Assembly (NCBI GenBank): GCA_965287045.1
Contig: OZ336880.1
Location: 73,842,001-73,906,000, forward strand
DNA length: 64,000 nucleotides
Source of the DNA: Carcharhinus amblyrhynchos
Taxonomy: Eukaryota
Direction of reading: 5' to 3'
In this document: positions 52,196 to 64,000 of the stretch, one piece after another
Numbering within the stretch: the first letter of the stretch is position 1
How the letters are laid out: every line of letters begins with the position of its first letter
Notes under the pieces: generated by a model
Told to the model about the DNA's origin: nothing
Database searches by the model: none
What the model saw: only the letters and a program-made list of their open reading frames with translations
Made by a program: the position numbers and the translations under genes

Positions 52196-53170
52196 CGTCC
52201 CTTGATGATGTCCACTCAGGTTCGTGAGTTTCGGCCCTGGGTCTCCAACTCAACAGGCAGATTCTCAATGCCAGACCTTTGGGCACATGAGGTTGGATGT
52301 TCCATGAAGTAAGGTTTGCTTCCTTTTGTTTCCTTCTCTGCCACCTCTCTATTTCATCATTGAGACATTTGGACTTAAAACATGATGCCCCTCGATGGAC
52401 AAGTTGTCAGCATTTTGAACAATTATTAGCAAGCTTCCCTCAGCCACTGCCAATGTTGTGAAGCTTCAAGGAATGCTCAAGTGTCTTTGAAATGTTTTCT
52501 TTGTCCTCCCCTGGAAAGGTGACCATTTGAGAGTTGAGAAAATAGGACCTGGCAAAGAGAGACACATTTTGGCCATCCACACACAATGTCTGATCCACTG
52601 TAGTAGATCTTGCAGGGTTTTGCCAGAATGCTTATGTAGCTGGCTTCAAGAAGGAAATTAGCATTTGTTTGACAATCCTCCCATTAATTCCAAAGGATGT
52701 GGCAGGGGCATTACTGATGGAATTTCTCTAGCATCCTGATGTGTCGGTGGTACGTAGTCCAGATCTCACTGTAGTACAGAAGTGTGGTGACAAGTACTTT
52801 GCATAATAGAAATTTTGTTGACTTGCAGACGTCTCTGTTGTCAGAACCTTGCTGCTATCACTTGTAGAAAGCTGAGCATACACAGTTGATCCAGTGTTCG
52901 CTTTCTTCATTAGTGGTGGTATTTTGAGAGAGATAATTGTCAAAGTTTCATAAGTGCTCAACATATTACTGAGTCTTTTCTTCAACATATATGGGAGGTG
53001 GCTAACCATGTGTAGGTTGATATATGAGTTATGTTTTGGCAACATTCAAGGGCAGACCATTTGTCTTGTATCCAAAATTGAAGAGTTTGAGAATGGTTTA
53101 CAAATCTGGTGCAGAGTAGGCAATGACACTGCAGTCATCCTCAAACTGTGGATCATGGATGTAAACTGTG
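52196..53170 (-). mobile_element. RTE (BovB-like) LINE 3' part, decayed
   Basis: Minus strand gives FHQ.CPCHILWN.WEDCQ, LQWIRHCVWM and gggaggacaaagaaaacatttcaaagacact (GGQRKHFKDT), all RTE ORF2 C-terminal motifs. Confidence 0.65.
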
Positions 53171-53754
53171 GTCAGTTTAGTTTAGTTTTGGCATAGAAGC
53201 AATTCCGCAGTAAGGCAGAGGTGAATCTTTGCTTGCAGTACAAACCCGATTACAAAGTACATGACCCAGAATGGCATGTGCTACATGCTTGCTAACTCAC
53301 GTACATGGAATGTGCTCTTTGCTCCATGTGAATGAACCTGGCCAAAGCAACTCCCCAGGAGCCACCAGTAATTTAAAAATAAATCTAAGCAACAGTGCGC
53401 TCAGGCAAATCTCTTGCATTTGCTGTCCGCAACTGTTCTGGAACAACAACACACTCACTCTGATCCACCAATAAACTATTCAAATGGGCCACAAAATAAA
53501 ACAATATCAAACAAACCATCTTTCCAAGGTCATTACCTAACAACTGGAATGGACACCTTATGGCTACAACCTCTCAAAGGTGACCAGACAAATTACAATA
53601 GAATGATCCCTACTTTTAAGTATTTTGGAAAGCTATGTTCCACTCTATCACATATCAGACTGTCATCATAAAATATAACAAAAACAAAACACGGCGGAAA
53701 CTAGAAGTCTTAAATAAAAGCAGAAGGTACTGGAAATGTTCAGGTCAGGTATCA

Positions 53755-54083
53755 TGGAATAGAATCAGAGGATCTCTACAGCCAGGAGGTCAACCGACAC
53801 ATTGAGTCTGCATTGACTCTTTGATAGAGCATCTTACCCAGGCCCCCTCTCCCACCCTATCCCCACAACCCCATTTACTATAGCTAATCTATCTAACCCA
53901 GACATCTTGGGACACTGAGGGGCAATTTTGCACGGCCAATCCACCTAGCCTGTACAGCTTTGAATTGTGGGAGAAAACCCATGCAGTCACAGGGAGAATG
54001 TACAAACTCCACAAAGTCACCCAAGGCCACAATTATTCCTGTGTCTCTGGCTGTGAGGTAGCAGTGCTAATCACTGTGCCACA
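53755..54083 (-). mobile_element. V-SINE with type-B tail, inserted in a Penelope-like fragment
   Basis: ggggcaattttgcacggccaatccacct...gggagaatgtacaaactccaca...gcagtgctaatcactgtgcc. Confidence 0.75.
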
Positions 54084-54149
54084 TCTCTTCAAACAGAAAC
54101 AGAATCAAAGTTTCAAATCCTCGTGGTGGAAATGTTAAGGTGGAGTACA

Positions 54150-55435
54150 GCAGCATAGTGGTTATTTACTGGAATAATAATCCAGTGGCCTGAACTAATG
54201 ATCGAGAGACACAAGTTCAAATCCTAATATGGCAGCTGGAAAATTTAAATTCAGTTAATGAAATAAATCTGGAATTAAAATGCTAGTGCAAGTAACTGTT
54301 ATCATGAAACTACAGGATTACAGTAAAGGCCGATCTGGTCCACTAGTGTTCTTGAGACGGCAAAATCCACTGTCCTGTCCCAGTCTGGCCTACAGGTCAT
54401 TTTAATAAATCATGGAATCTTGACACTACAGAAGGAGGTCATTCAGCCCATCAAGTCTGTACCGACCACAATCCCTTCCAGGAACTATTCCTGTAACCCT
54501 ACACGTTTACCCTGCTGATCCTCCTCACACCAGGGTCAATTTAGCATGGCAAATCAAACTAACTCACACATCTTTGGACTGCAGCAGGAAAGCGGTGCAT
54601 TTGGAGGAAACCCATGCAGACATGGGGAGAATGTGCAAACTCCACACAGACCGTGGCCCGAGACTGGAATCGAACCCGGGTCCCTGGCACTGTGAGACAG
54701 CAGTGCTAACTGCTGTGCCACCACGCCGCCCCATCCTTGAGGGAAGGAAATCTGCTGTCCTTATCTGGTCTGGCCTATACGTAACTCTAGTTCCACACTA
54801 ATGAGGTTGACATTTCAATGTCCTCTAAATGACCTAGCAAGCCACTCAGTTGTATCAAACATTGTAACAATGTCAATAAAAAGGAATGAAACCAGACAGA
54901 CCACCAGCATCGACCAACACACCAGTAATGGCAATGGCAATGGCAATGGCAAACTCAGCCCTGTCAACCCTGGAGGCTTGTGCCAAAACTGGGAGAGCTA
55001 TCACACGGACAAGTCAAGCAACAGTCTGACCTAGTTTTACTCACAGAATCATACCTTAAATATAATGTCCCAGACATCACCATCATTACGTCCTGTCCCA
55101 GTGGCAAGACAAACCCAGCTGAGGTGGTATACGCAGTGGTATGCTGTCAGAAGGGAGTTTCCCAGCAAGTCCTCAAAATCGACTATGGATCCCACGAACT
55201 CTCAGGGCACCATGGCAAACATGGGCAAGGAAAGTTCCTGCCCATTACTACATACTGCAACCCCCAAACCCTTCTCCACACCAGCCCCCTTCCCCATCGC
55301 CTCAGCTGACAAATCGTTACTTCTGTTGAGCATCACTTGGACAGGAGACCTTGGTAATGGTAATGCCCCGACAAGCTCTGAGTTTAAGTCCAACTGGAAG
55401 AATTATTGTCCATTGAAGAAGCATTCAAGATGAGG
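54150..55435 (+). mobile_element. 5' portion of a CR1/L2-group LINE with a tRNA-like 5' head and an endonuclease relic; interrupted by a V-SINE
   Basis: A-box-like cagcatagtgg (54151) and B-box gttcaaatcc (54215-54224). Downstream PKLGELSH..VKQQSDLVLLTESYL...HGQGKFLPITTY resembles an AP-endonuclease N-terminus. Confidence 0.65.
54410..54731 (-). mobile_element. V-SINE (HE1-like) with type-B tail
   Basis: Head ggcggcgtggtggcacagcagttagcactgctg, B-box ggttcgattcc, a V-domain and a CR1-type tail. Confidence 0.85.
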
Positions 55436-55760
55436 AAAGATGTGAGGGCATGAGAGAGGATGCATTAAGATTCATGAGAATGATTCTTGGGGTGAGGAAC
55501 TTCAGTTACATAGATAAACTGGAGAGACTAAAGCTGTTCCCCTTCAATCATGGCAGTCAAGAAGGAATTGGATCATTATCTGAAAAGGAACAAAAACAGC
55601 TGGGCTACAGGATAAAGCAGGTGGGTTTTATTAGGTGAATTGCACTTGCACAGAACCAGTAAGGGCATGACTGACTGAATGGCCTCCTTCAGACGCAACA
55701 CATTTGCTAAGTATTTCTTGTATTTTGGGGCATATGGGGGTGGGGCCTGAAGGGGCACCC

Positions 55761-56733
55761 GGGGTCGGTGCTGGGGCCTCAGCTATTTACCATTTATATA
55801 GATGATCTGGAGGAGGGAACCAAGATTGGTGGAATGGCAAATTGCGCGGAGGGTGTGGAGAGTCTGCAGAAGGATCTAGATAGGCTGGGCGAATGGGCCA
55901 GGAACTGGCAAATGGAATTTAATGTTGGCAAGTGCGAGGTGGTCCACTTTGGTAGGAATAATGGTAGGAAGGATTATTACTTACGTGGCGATAAACTGCA
56001 GCAGGCGACGGTGCAGAGGGACCTCGGGGTCCTTGTGCATGAGTCGCAAAAACCCAGCCTGCAGGTGCAGCAGGTGGTCAGGAAGGCTAATGGGATGCTG
56101 GCCTTCATAGCGAGGGGGATTGAATATAAAAGTAGGGAGGTCCTGCTGCAGCTGTATAGGGCACTGGTGAGGCCGCAGCTGGAGTACTGCGTGCAGTTTT
56201 GGTCGCCGCACTTACGCAAGGATATTTTGGCCTTGGAGGGAGTGCAGAGGAGGTTTACTAGGCTGATGCCGAAGTTGAGGGGGTTGAGCTATGAGGAGAG
56301 GCTGAACAAACTAGGCTTGTACTCGTTAGAGTTTAGAAGAATGAGGGGAGATCTCATTGAGACATATAAGATGATGAATGGGATGGATAGGATAGAGGTG
56401 GAGAGACTCTTCCTGCTCAGAAAGGACAGTAGGATTAGGGGGCACAGCCTCAAGATAAAGGGGGGTGCGGTTTAGAACGGAGTTGAGGAGGAAATTCTTC
56501 AAAGGGTGGTGAATCTCTGGAATTCTTTGCCTGTTGAAGTGGTGGAAGCTGCCTCGCTAAATATTTTTAAGACGCGGGTTGATGGGTTTTTGATAAGCGA
56601 AGGGATTAAGGGTTATGGGGAGAGGGCAGGAATGTGGAGCTGAGCCACGATAGATCAGCCATGGTCTTATTGAATGGCGGGGCAGGCTCGAAGGGCTAGA
56701 TAGCCTACTCCTATTTCTTATGTTCTTATGTTC
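55761..56733 (+). mobile_element. Young 5'-truncated CR1 LINE, subfamily 1
   Basis: 235-aa open ORF2 segment GSVLGPQLFTIYIDDL...RGHSLKIKG with a 3' UTR and a ttcttatgttcttatgttc tail. Near-identical to 11526-12210. Confidence 0.95.
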
Positions 56734-59700
56734 AATGGGTGGAGGGGGAGGTGGGGTGGGGGGGTGACATGGGGCCTGCTGCCACACTGCAGCTCCGATT
56801 GGTGGGGATGAGGGGGACGCAATCAGTCTGGGCAGTGGAAGGGAGCGCATTGCGGGGACTGCATTTTTGGGCAGTTTGGGGCTCATGATCCATGGACCCA
56901 CAGATTGCAAAGGGTGGAGGGATGGAGTTTGTTGAAGCTGCCTGCAGCAGCAGAGCCCTGACATCTCTCTCTCTGTCTATCAGACCTCTGCAGTTGCTAT
57001 TGCACATGTGCAAACACGGAGATCTGTGCATGCGCAATAGCTCTCTATGCAGCCTGGCTGGCAAATTAAGTCCAACCAACTATCTCCAGCAGCTGAAAAT
57101 GGTCTAGCCTGTATTTTCAATGTTTAGGTCCGTAAGATTGGGACTGAAAACTTGCCCAAAAAACGGATCAGGAACTCTCCCATTTTCACGCTAGTTGAAC
57201 ATTTAGAATCATTCTTGGAAAATTCTGCACATGGTGTGTGATTTTGTTTTCTGTGTAATCAGTGAAATGTCAGTTGTATTTGTTTCTCAGTGACTAAGTC
57301 AGCATGGAACAAATGTCATTCAATGAAGGTTGCACAAATATCTGTAGGAATCAGTTGAATTACAACACAATGAGTGGCAGCAAACTTTAAATAGGGTCTC
57401 AAAACACTAACATACTTCAGAACACGTGCTTTTCAATTAACAAAGTGGCACCATTCCACTGTGCTACTGATGAAAGAAGTAATTTTATAAACTCCCCTAT
57501 TTTCTTAAGGTTCAATATTTTTAAAAATACTTACACCCTTTACATTTTTTAATCAAGTGCACAAGACAAATACCTGATGCAACAAAATTGAGAGAGTCAA
57601 CTGCCTCATTTCTTCAGTTTTTATGGTACTTCAGAGACCTTAAGCTGACTCTACATGTAGATTTGTTTAGGTCTGTCTACGTTAACTAATCTTATTTATA
57701 GTCTAAGTCAAGCCCTTTTCTGTACCCATTTCCCTATATACAATGTATAAATCTTAATCAGATTTAATTCTGTAGAGTTAAGAGTTTGATTAATTTATCA
57801 GTAACAGTTCCTTTGCAGATATAACCCAATTTATAATGTGGATGACTATGAAAATTCACTCCAAAATTCATTAGTTACCGACTCCTTGTTCTGTCAATAC
57901 TGTGCACCAGTAAAACTGATCAATTTCAATTTATACGAACAGAGTGGCTTTTCAGAGCTTATAAATTCAAATAAAGGAAGGAAAGAAAACGTGCACTTAT
58001 GACACACAACAGCCTTAAAGATGACCAAGCAATGCAGTAGAGTAGGGATGGGTTATAACCTCCAGCTGGATACAAACAGAGCAGATGATGATCTCCTCTA
58101 ATTGGCGTAAGAGGCATTAAATCAAATGGGTTTGGGCAATCACAACCACAGTCATTGTGGAGCCAAGTTTACACCACAAAACTGCTGATAATTTGGCATC
58201 ATTTGAAATCAAATTGTCAGCCCCATTTATCCAAGCAGTCACACAGCAGTGAGGTTGAGATTATAGTTTACTGGTGAGGCTACATCTTATTAATACTAAG
58301 AGTTACATTCAACTGGTTATAGAGAATGCATTCCAGAAACTTTGCCAAATGTAAACCAGACACTAAAAATGTATTTCTTTTGACAAGTCGTCTTCTTTCC
58401 GTTATAGTGAAATCGAGGAGCTAGTGATGGCCATGCCACCGTAGACTATGAAATTACAATGTTTCTTCTGAATTTCAAACATCCTATGGTATAATACTGT
58501 CTACCTTATGGATTTCTATTTTGGAAAAGGCTTGAATCTGCTATCTTCTGACTCAGAAATGAGGAAGCTGCCATCCAAACTGAGTTGGCAATTCAAAGAG
58601 GGTACAGCCAGAAATCATATCAACATTGTTTTGTACCTTCAGAAAAGATGAAGAATATTTTTTGGATCAGCTATAGCCAATGAATTGAAATGCACAGTAA
58701 TCGCAAAATAAAAGAAAAAAAATCATTCATGTTGGAGAACAGAATGCCAATAAAAATCCCTCTATGAGTATGGGCTATTTCAAGAAGCAACAAGATAGCA
58801 TCAAAGTATTGAAAAAAATTGCTTTATCAAGCAAAATCCAAGTTGATACCAGTAAACTGCAACAATATATAAGCAGATCGATAAACAGTAGGCTCTCTCC
58901 TGTTTAAAAGCCATCATCCCCAAACAACATATTTTAGTTATTGCTGTCAGGATAAGAGCAAAGTGACAATTTTTTGAATAAGGCAGGCAGTCTGACTTGG
59001 CAACCGTTCATGACAGAGATTCAGATGCACACTGCGCATATCTGAATTTCCAGTGTGTATTACTGGTGGGTTAGGTTCCCACAGAATCATGTATTTGTAA
59101 AACTATATCTTAAATCTTTATAATAATCTTCTTCCTGTTGAATACATCAAGTTAGTTAACTACATTGTGACTGTCAAGCTGGTCAAGTTACTCCAAATGT
59201 TTCAGTATTTAACTGCTTGTTAAACTTTTTTCCAAATTCCTACCTTCTGTTATACTTCCTTCTGTCACCAAATATGTAAAACCCTTCCCCAGTTTCATTT
59301 TTCTCCTGTCTAAGGAAAGAAAGGAAAACCAACAAAAGTGAATGGGGTAGACAGAAGAGGGAGGGAGATAAAGAGAGAGACTAGTTTTGTCAACTGATAA
59401 TGCCTTAGTTGACGTGGAGTGAAATACAATAATTGTTTTGATGCAGTTTCAATAGCTGTTGACATGAGCCTGACGGTTATCACAACCTATAAGTGGCTCA
59501 GTGGGAATCCTACAAGTTCACTGTTTGATTGACAGGTCCTAGAAGTGATTGAGGGATTAGCTGTCTTTGATTTGGGGTACAGATACAACTGTTTGTTTTA
59601 TACTGGATTAGGAACTTGAAGGAATTTTAATGTATTAAATGGGCTTTCATCAATGAGAATGTTTTAATATAAATAATTCAAACTTTATTTAATTTTAACA

Positions 59701-60624
59701 TGGCTTGAGATCTGCTCATGGGAATACTGGGTGAATTCACATGGAGGGTAAGGGCATAGGGCTGGCATTGGAGCTATAAGATGGCAGGAGGATAAATGGG
59801 GGCTATAGTTGGCATAAGTTGACATTTAGATGGCCTGGTCTGTAAGGGGTACAATCTGGAGTGACGGGTTGGAATGAGCTGGCATTAAGTTGACATAGAG
59901 GCCATGAGGGAAGAATAGGGGACATACATTTGCATGGAGAGCATGAGGACACATGGGGAGTGGGTGGGGCTTTGAGAGCCAATCCTGCCCCAACCCTCAC
60001 CCCTAGGAAGGTAAGAAAATCTGGCCATTCAGGGCTGTTTGTCTCAGACATTGGCACTAAGCTCGGAATTTCCTGGTCTCCGTTCACCCACAGAGAAATA
60101 CTCCTAACATCATTTTGTTTTTAATGTTAAAGTTGTGCTCATTTCCCCTGCTGTCTGGGCATACTCAATTAAGTTCTGAGCTTAAGTTGCTTCTTAGCTC
60201 AGTTAACATATAGGATCAGCATTGCTGCAATTTCCTTCACTATGGCTGCTCTCCACCCTTGTGTGTCTGCCAGAGTGGTACTGCACAGTACACAGCAAAA
60301 TGCTTCAAAATACAAAAAAAAAGACATTGTTGATCTATTTTTCTGCAGAAAGATTGTTATTTTAATCAGTTGTATACATATTTTGATCTACAGATTTGAA
60401 GAGATTTTTAAAAAATTCTTTGCTTTCACCGATTCCCTGGTTATAATCAGTCAATTCTAAATCGACTCAATTTAGAATTCTGCTCACCATTTCATTAAAC
60501 CTGTTCATTGTGAGCAATCTCTCAAAGCATTACTTATCTCAGTGCACTTTTTTTATTATCTTGGACTTTGCCCGTGATTTTCATATTTATATTGTTCAAC
60601 TTGATCCAAAATGAATATTAGGTG

Positions 60625-60682
60625 TGGTGGGCACAAATGTTGGCCTTGCTATTGGCGTTCACATCTCATGAACACATAAAAA
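60625..60682 (+). mobile_element. Isolated 3' tail of the family at 6320-6640
   Basis: gggcacaaatgttggccttgctattggcgttcacatctcatgaacacataaaaa. Confidence 0.55.
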
Positions 60683-61079
60683 CACATTCGCAGTAAGACA
60701 TTGCAATGCTACTGCCAACAACATAAATTAACACTAATACCCTATCACCAATTATGATTTCCTAATTCAAAACGTTTCACTATTTCTTCCCCTGCTTCTA
60801 CATTCTTCTCTGCCTTCTATTTGGCATTCCTGTGTCTGGGCAAAACCGTTACATAATTCATGACTGAGGAAAGAATGAGCTTAATGGGTCAGTTGGGTTT
60901 TTCTCGTCTCAAATTTACGTTTCTATGCCATGTCATTCTTCAAACTTAACAAACAGCTTGGAAATAACCTTCTGCTACACTTATCCTAGGGTGTTTGAGG
61001 TGGGGGGATGGGCATTCCAACCTTCAAATACCCAATATACTTTTCCATTTCTGTCACTATCTACATCCTAGAATCTATG

Positions 61080-61910
61080 TCATTTGATTTATTATGGTCA
61101 CATGTATTAGTGTACAGTGAAAAGAATTGTTTCTTGCATGCTATACAGACAAAGAATGCATGCTATACAGACAGGCCTCATTTGGAGTACCGTGCGCAGT
61201 TCTGGTCGCCTCACTATAGGAAGGACATAGAAGCTATTGAAAGGGTACAGAGGAGATTTACAAGGATGTTGCCTGGACTGGGAGGCATGCCTTATGAAGT
61301 TAGGTTGAGGGAGCTGGGACTCTTTTCCCTGGAGAGACGAAGGTTGAGAGGCGACCTGATAGAAGTTTATAAAATGTTGAGAGGAATAGATAGGGTGGAT
61401 TCTCAGAGGCTATTTCCCCGGGTTGAAATGGTCGCTACGAGAGGACACAGATTGAAGGTGCGGGGAGGCAAGTACAGAAGTGATGTTAGGGGTAAGTTTT
61501 TCAGTCAGAGGGTGGTGAGTGAATGGAATCAGCTGCCGTCAGTGGTGGTGGAGGCGAACTCGCTGGGGTCTTTTAAAAGACTTCTGGATGAGTATATGGG
61601 ATTTAATGGGATTGGGGGTTATAGATAGGTCTATAGATTGGTAGGTGTTGATGTGATCGGCGCAACTCGTGGGCCGAAGGGCCTGTTTGTGCTGTAGTGT
61701 TCTATGTTCTAATACTGTTCATAGAGAAGGGAACGAGACTGCAGAATGTAGCGTTACAGTCATAGCTAGGGTGTAGAGAAAGATCAAATTAGTGCGAGGT
61801 AGGTCCATTCAAAAGTCTGATAGCAGCAGAGAAGAAGCTGTTCTTGCATCGGTTAGTACGCAACGTCAGACTTTTGTATCTTTTTCCCCACAGAAGAAGG
61901 TGGAAGAGAA
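61080..61910 (-). mobile_element. Rex1/Babar-like LINE 3' end interrupted by a CR1
   Basis: atttgatttattatggtcacatgtattagtgtacagtgaaaag before the CR1, and ccattcaaaagtctgatagcagcagagaagaagctgttctt (reverse strand KNSFF.AAIRLLN) after it. Confidence 0.6.
61174..61710 (+). mobile_element. 5'-truncated CR1 LINE, subfamily 2
   Basis: RPHLEYRAQFWSPHYRKDIEAIERVQRRFTRM...; 3' UTR near-identical to 48660-49186; tail gtgttctatgttct. Confidence 0.93.
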
Positions 61911-62567
61911 AATCCAAAGTTCATGGTGATTTGACATCCTATTCTTAATTACGTGTGACTAATTTACTAAATAATATTAAAAATTTCATCCAGTGATTGG
62001 TACATTTACCCTCTTTGTTCAAGAAGAAATGTAGCCTCGAGATGATCTGGCAGGGTTAGTGCACTCTCTCAGCTACCTGAGAGCAACCTCTTCAGTTTTA
62101 GAGATAAACAAGAAATGACAAATGCTAAAACAAGTTCTGAAAATGCAAGCAATTCACAGTATTTAAAACTTAAAGAGAAAGATGGATTAAATGTTTCACT
62201 TAAATATTTCAGTGAGATCTTTCTGACATGCGAAATATGAATCTACCTTTCTCCTACAATTTTGATTGGTTATGTGTTTCCAGCATTTTACTGTTATCTT
62301 GAGTCTTCAGTCCTGTTATCAGATTATTCAGTATGTCATCTAATTTCAAGAACAGCTTCAGTAGAAGCATTCCTTTGGCTTCTGTAGTATGTTTGGGGGA
62401 AAATTGTACAGGTGCGCTGTACATAGGATGATGAGGAAGAATAATCTGCAAGGTTTTGGTTCATATCCATAAGGAGCACTTTGCCTGCAGCTCAACAGCA
62501 ATAGGGCAGCCTTTAGTGCATCAGCATCAAAACTAGCTATGACTTCTCATGGCTACATCTCCATCTA

Positions 62568-62835
62568 GGGCAGCACAGCAGCACAGTGGTTAGCACTGCT
62601 GCCTTACAGTGCCAGGGACCCAGGTTCGATTTTCGTCTTGGGTCACTGTCTGTGTGGAGTTTGCATGTTCTCCGTGTCTGCGTGGGTTTCCTCCCACAGT
62701 CTGAAAGACACGCTGGTTAAGTGCACTGACCCAAACAGGTGCCAAAGTGGGGCAACTAGGGGAATTTCACAGTAACTTCATTGCAGTGTTAATGTAAGCC
62801 TTACTTGTGATTAATAAATCAACTCTAATTTTTTA
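62568..62835 (+). mobile_element. V-SINE (HE1-like), tail type A
   Basis: gggcagcacagcagcacagtggttagcactgctgcc...ggttcgatt...V-domain...ttcacagtaacttcattgcagtgttaatgtaagcc. Confidence 0.85.
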
Positions 62836-63152
62836 CTTTACCTGTGGTCGAGGTTCTGTCTAGCCGATGAGGACATCACTCACTGGTCGAGGTCCTGGTG
62901 GGGAAACTCCATCAATTCTGCAAGGGAGACTCTGGCAAAATCAGGTATCTGCTCGGGACTTGCGTAACCACTGTCAGGTCTCCCTGAAAATGAGGACTCC
63001 AACAGCAGACGTCCTGCCCACCAAGAGCTGCTGTCAACCCGTGCCAGCTGTGGCTGCTGGAGGCAACGCACCTACTAGAGGCTCAGGATCATAATGTGAT
63101 CCCAAGCCAAAGGCGAGCCAACTGTAATAGGGCTTGTTGGGTGGAGATTGTG

Positions 63153-63247
63153 GTAAACACAGTAAGAAGTCTCACAACACCTTATAACACCTGGTGTTGT
63201 GAGACTTCTTACTGTGTTTACTCCAATCCAACGCCAGCATCTCCACA
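63153..63247. mobile_element. Miniature Penelope-like hairpin insertion with a 12-bp target duplication
   Basis: Perfect 29-bp inverted repeat at 63153-63181 and 63193-63221. Direct repeat tggagattgtgg at 63142-63153 and 63248-63259. Confidence 0.8.
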
Positions 63248-63699
63248 TGGAGATTGTGGGGCAGAGGTGATTGGAGGCAAGAGCAGGGGGGCTGGATTTC
63301 AGTGGCCGTGTCCCTGCCAGATTCCAGGTCTCTTGATTGGCAGAGTGCCTGAGAGCAAGATAAATCCCTGACCTAACCTGGGATCATTGTCATACTTGAC
63401 ATGGTTTGTTGGGCAATATTCCAAGGCTGTAGAAATGGCATGCAGTCCTCATTTAGCACCTAAGACATGACTCAATTGCGGTGGACTCAGGAATAATGGG
63501 TGTCAATTGGGCTCATTAATTAGTCTAATTCTGCTGCCAGTGACTAACTCTGCTCAGCCCCTTCCTTCTTCGGAGTTAACTGGGGGAAATAAGGTTAATG
63601 CTCACTGTGGCTAATGAAGAGCATAAACACCAACGCAGACCAGATTTTACCATAGACTGCAGTGTTTAAGTTGACCCAGCATTTAAAATGAGCAGGCAA

Positions 63700-64000
63700 T
63701 AATCACTGTGTTACAAAAATGCACAGGAGTTTAAAAACACGTCTACTCTTTGCACTGGATGCTGATGACAATGAATTTGATGGGTTTAAAATGCTTTGAT
63801 TGTGGTTAAAAGCATCTTTGTACCATTGTAATTTGTTCAATGGACCATGTCACATTAATTTAATTTGAATTGTTGGTGTTGCGTTTTTCACATTTCAAAA
63901 TGGCGACCACCTACACCCACATTAGTGGTTCACTTTTATAATCGGTATATAAGTTGACCCCCATCTTTTGAGGCTTCAAAGGTAGACTTATATGCCGGCA
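63700..64000 (+). mobile_element. Probable pogo/Tigger-type DNA transposon 3' end
   Basis: ALDADDNEFDGF* acidic C-terminus, then subterminal motifs tataagttgacccc...tagacttatatgccgg. Confidence 0.4.

Noticed and set aside
1-64000. Prokaryotic systems (CRISPR arrays, operons, tRNA/rRNA genes)
   Set aside because: The sequence is vertebrate intronic DNA. There is no repeat-spacer array, and the tRNA-like motifs are SINE heads.

Overview
Eukaryotic, repeat-rich DNA. The SINE and LINE repertoire (HE1/V-SINEs, HER1-like CR1, Deu-domain SINEs, Penelope-like fragments) points to a cartilaginous fish, probably a shark. The window lies mostly within the large introns of a minus-strand GTDC1/QTMAN gene. 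Five consecutive coding exons are recoverable with canonical GT-AG sites and consistent phases: 34497-34877, 29870-29979, 29089-29233, 12528-12598 and 8869-8960. The upstream exons and the terminal exon were not found. An intact, intronless NDUFB3 copy lies antisense in one intron (10438-10707). The most unusual item is a ~250-bp structured element headed by U2 snRNA nt 1-40 with a second internal U2 stem-I copy (40023-40272). Also notable are a tRNA-headed LINE with its apparent internally deleted SINE derivative, Penelope hairpins with hammerhead-like cores, a nested Harbinger element, a candidate in-frame cassette exon, and a TE-poor block containing a long palindrome. There is a 164-N gap at 29437-29600. 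Family assignments come from recalled motifs, not database searches, and repeat boundaries are approximate.
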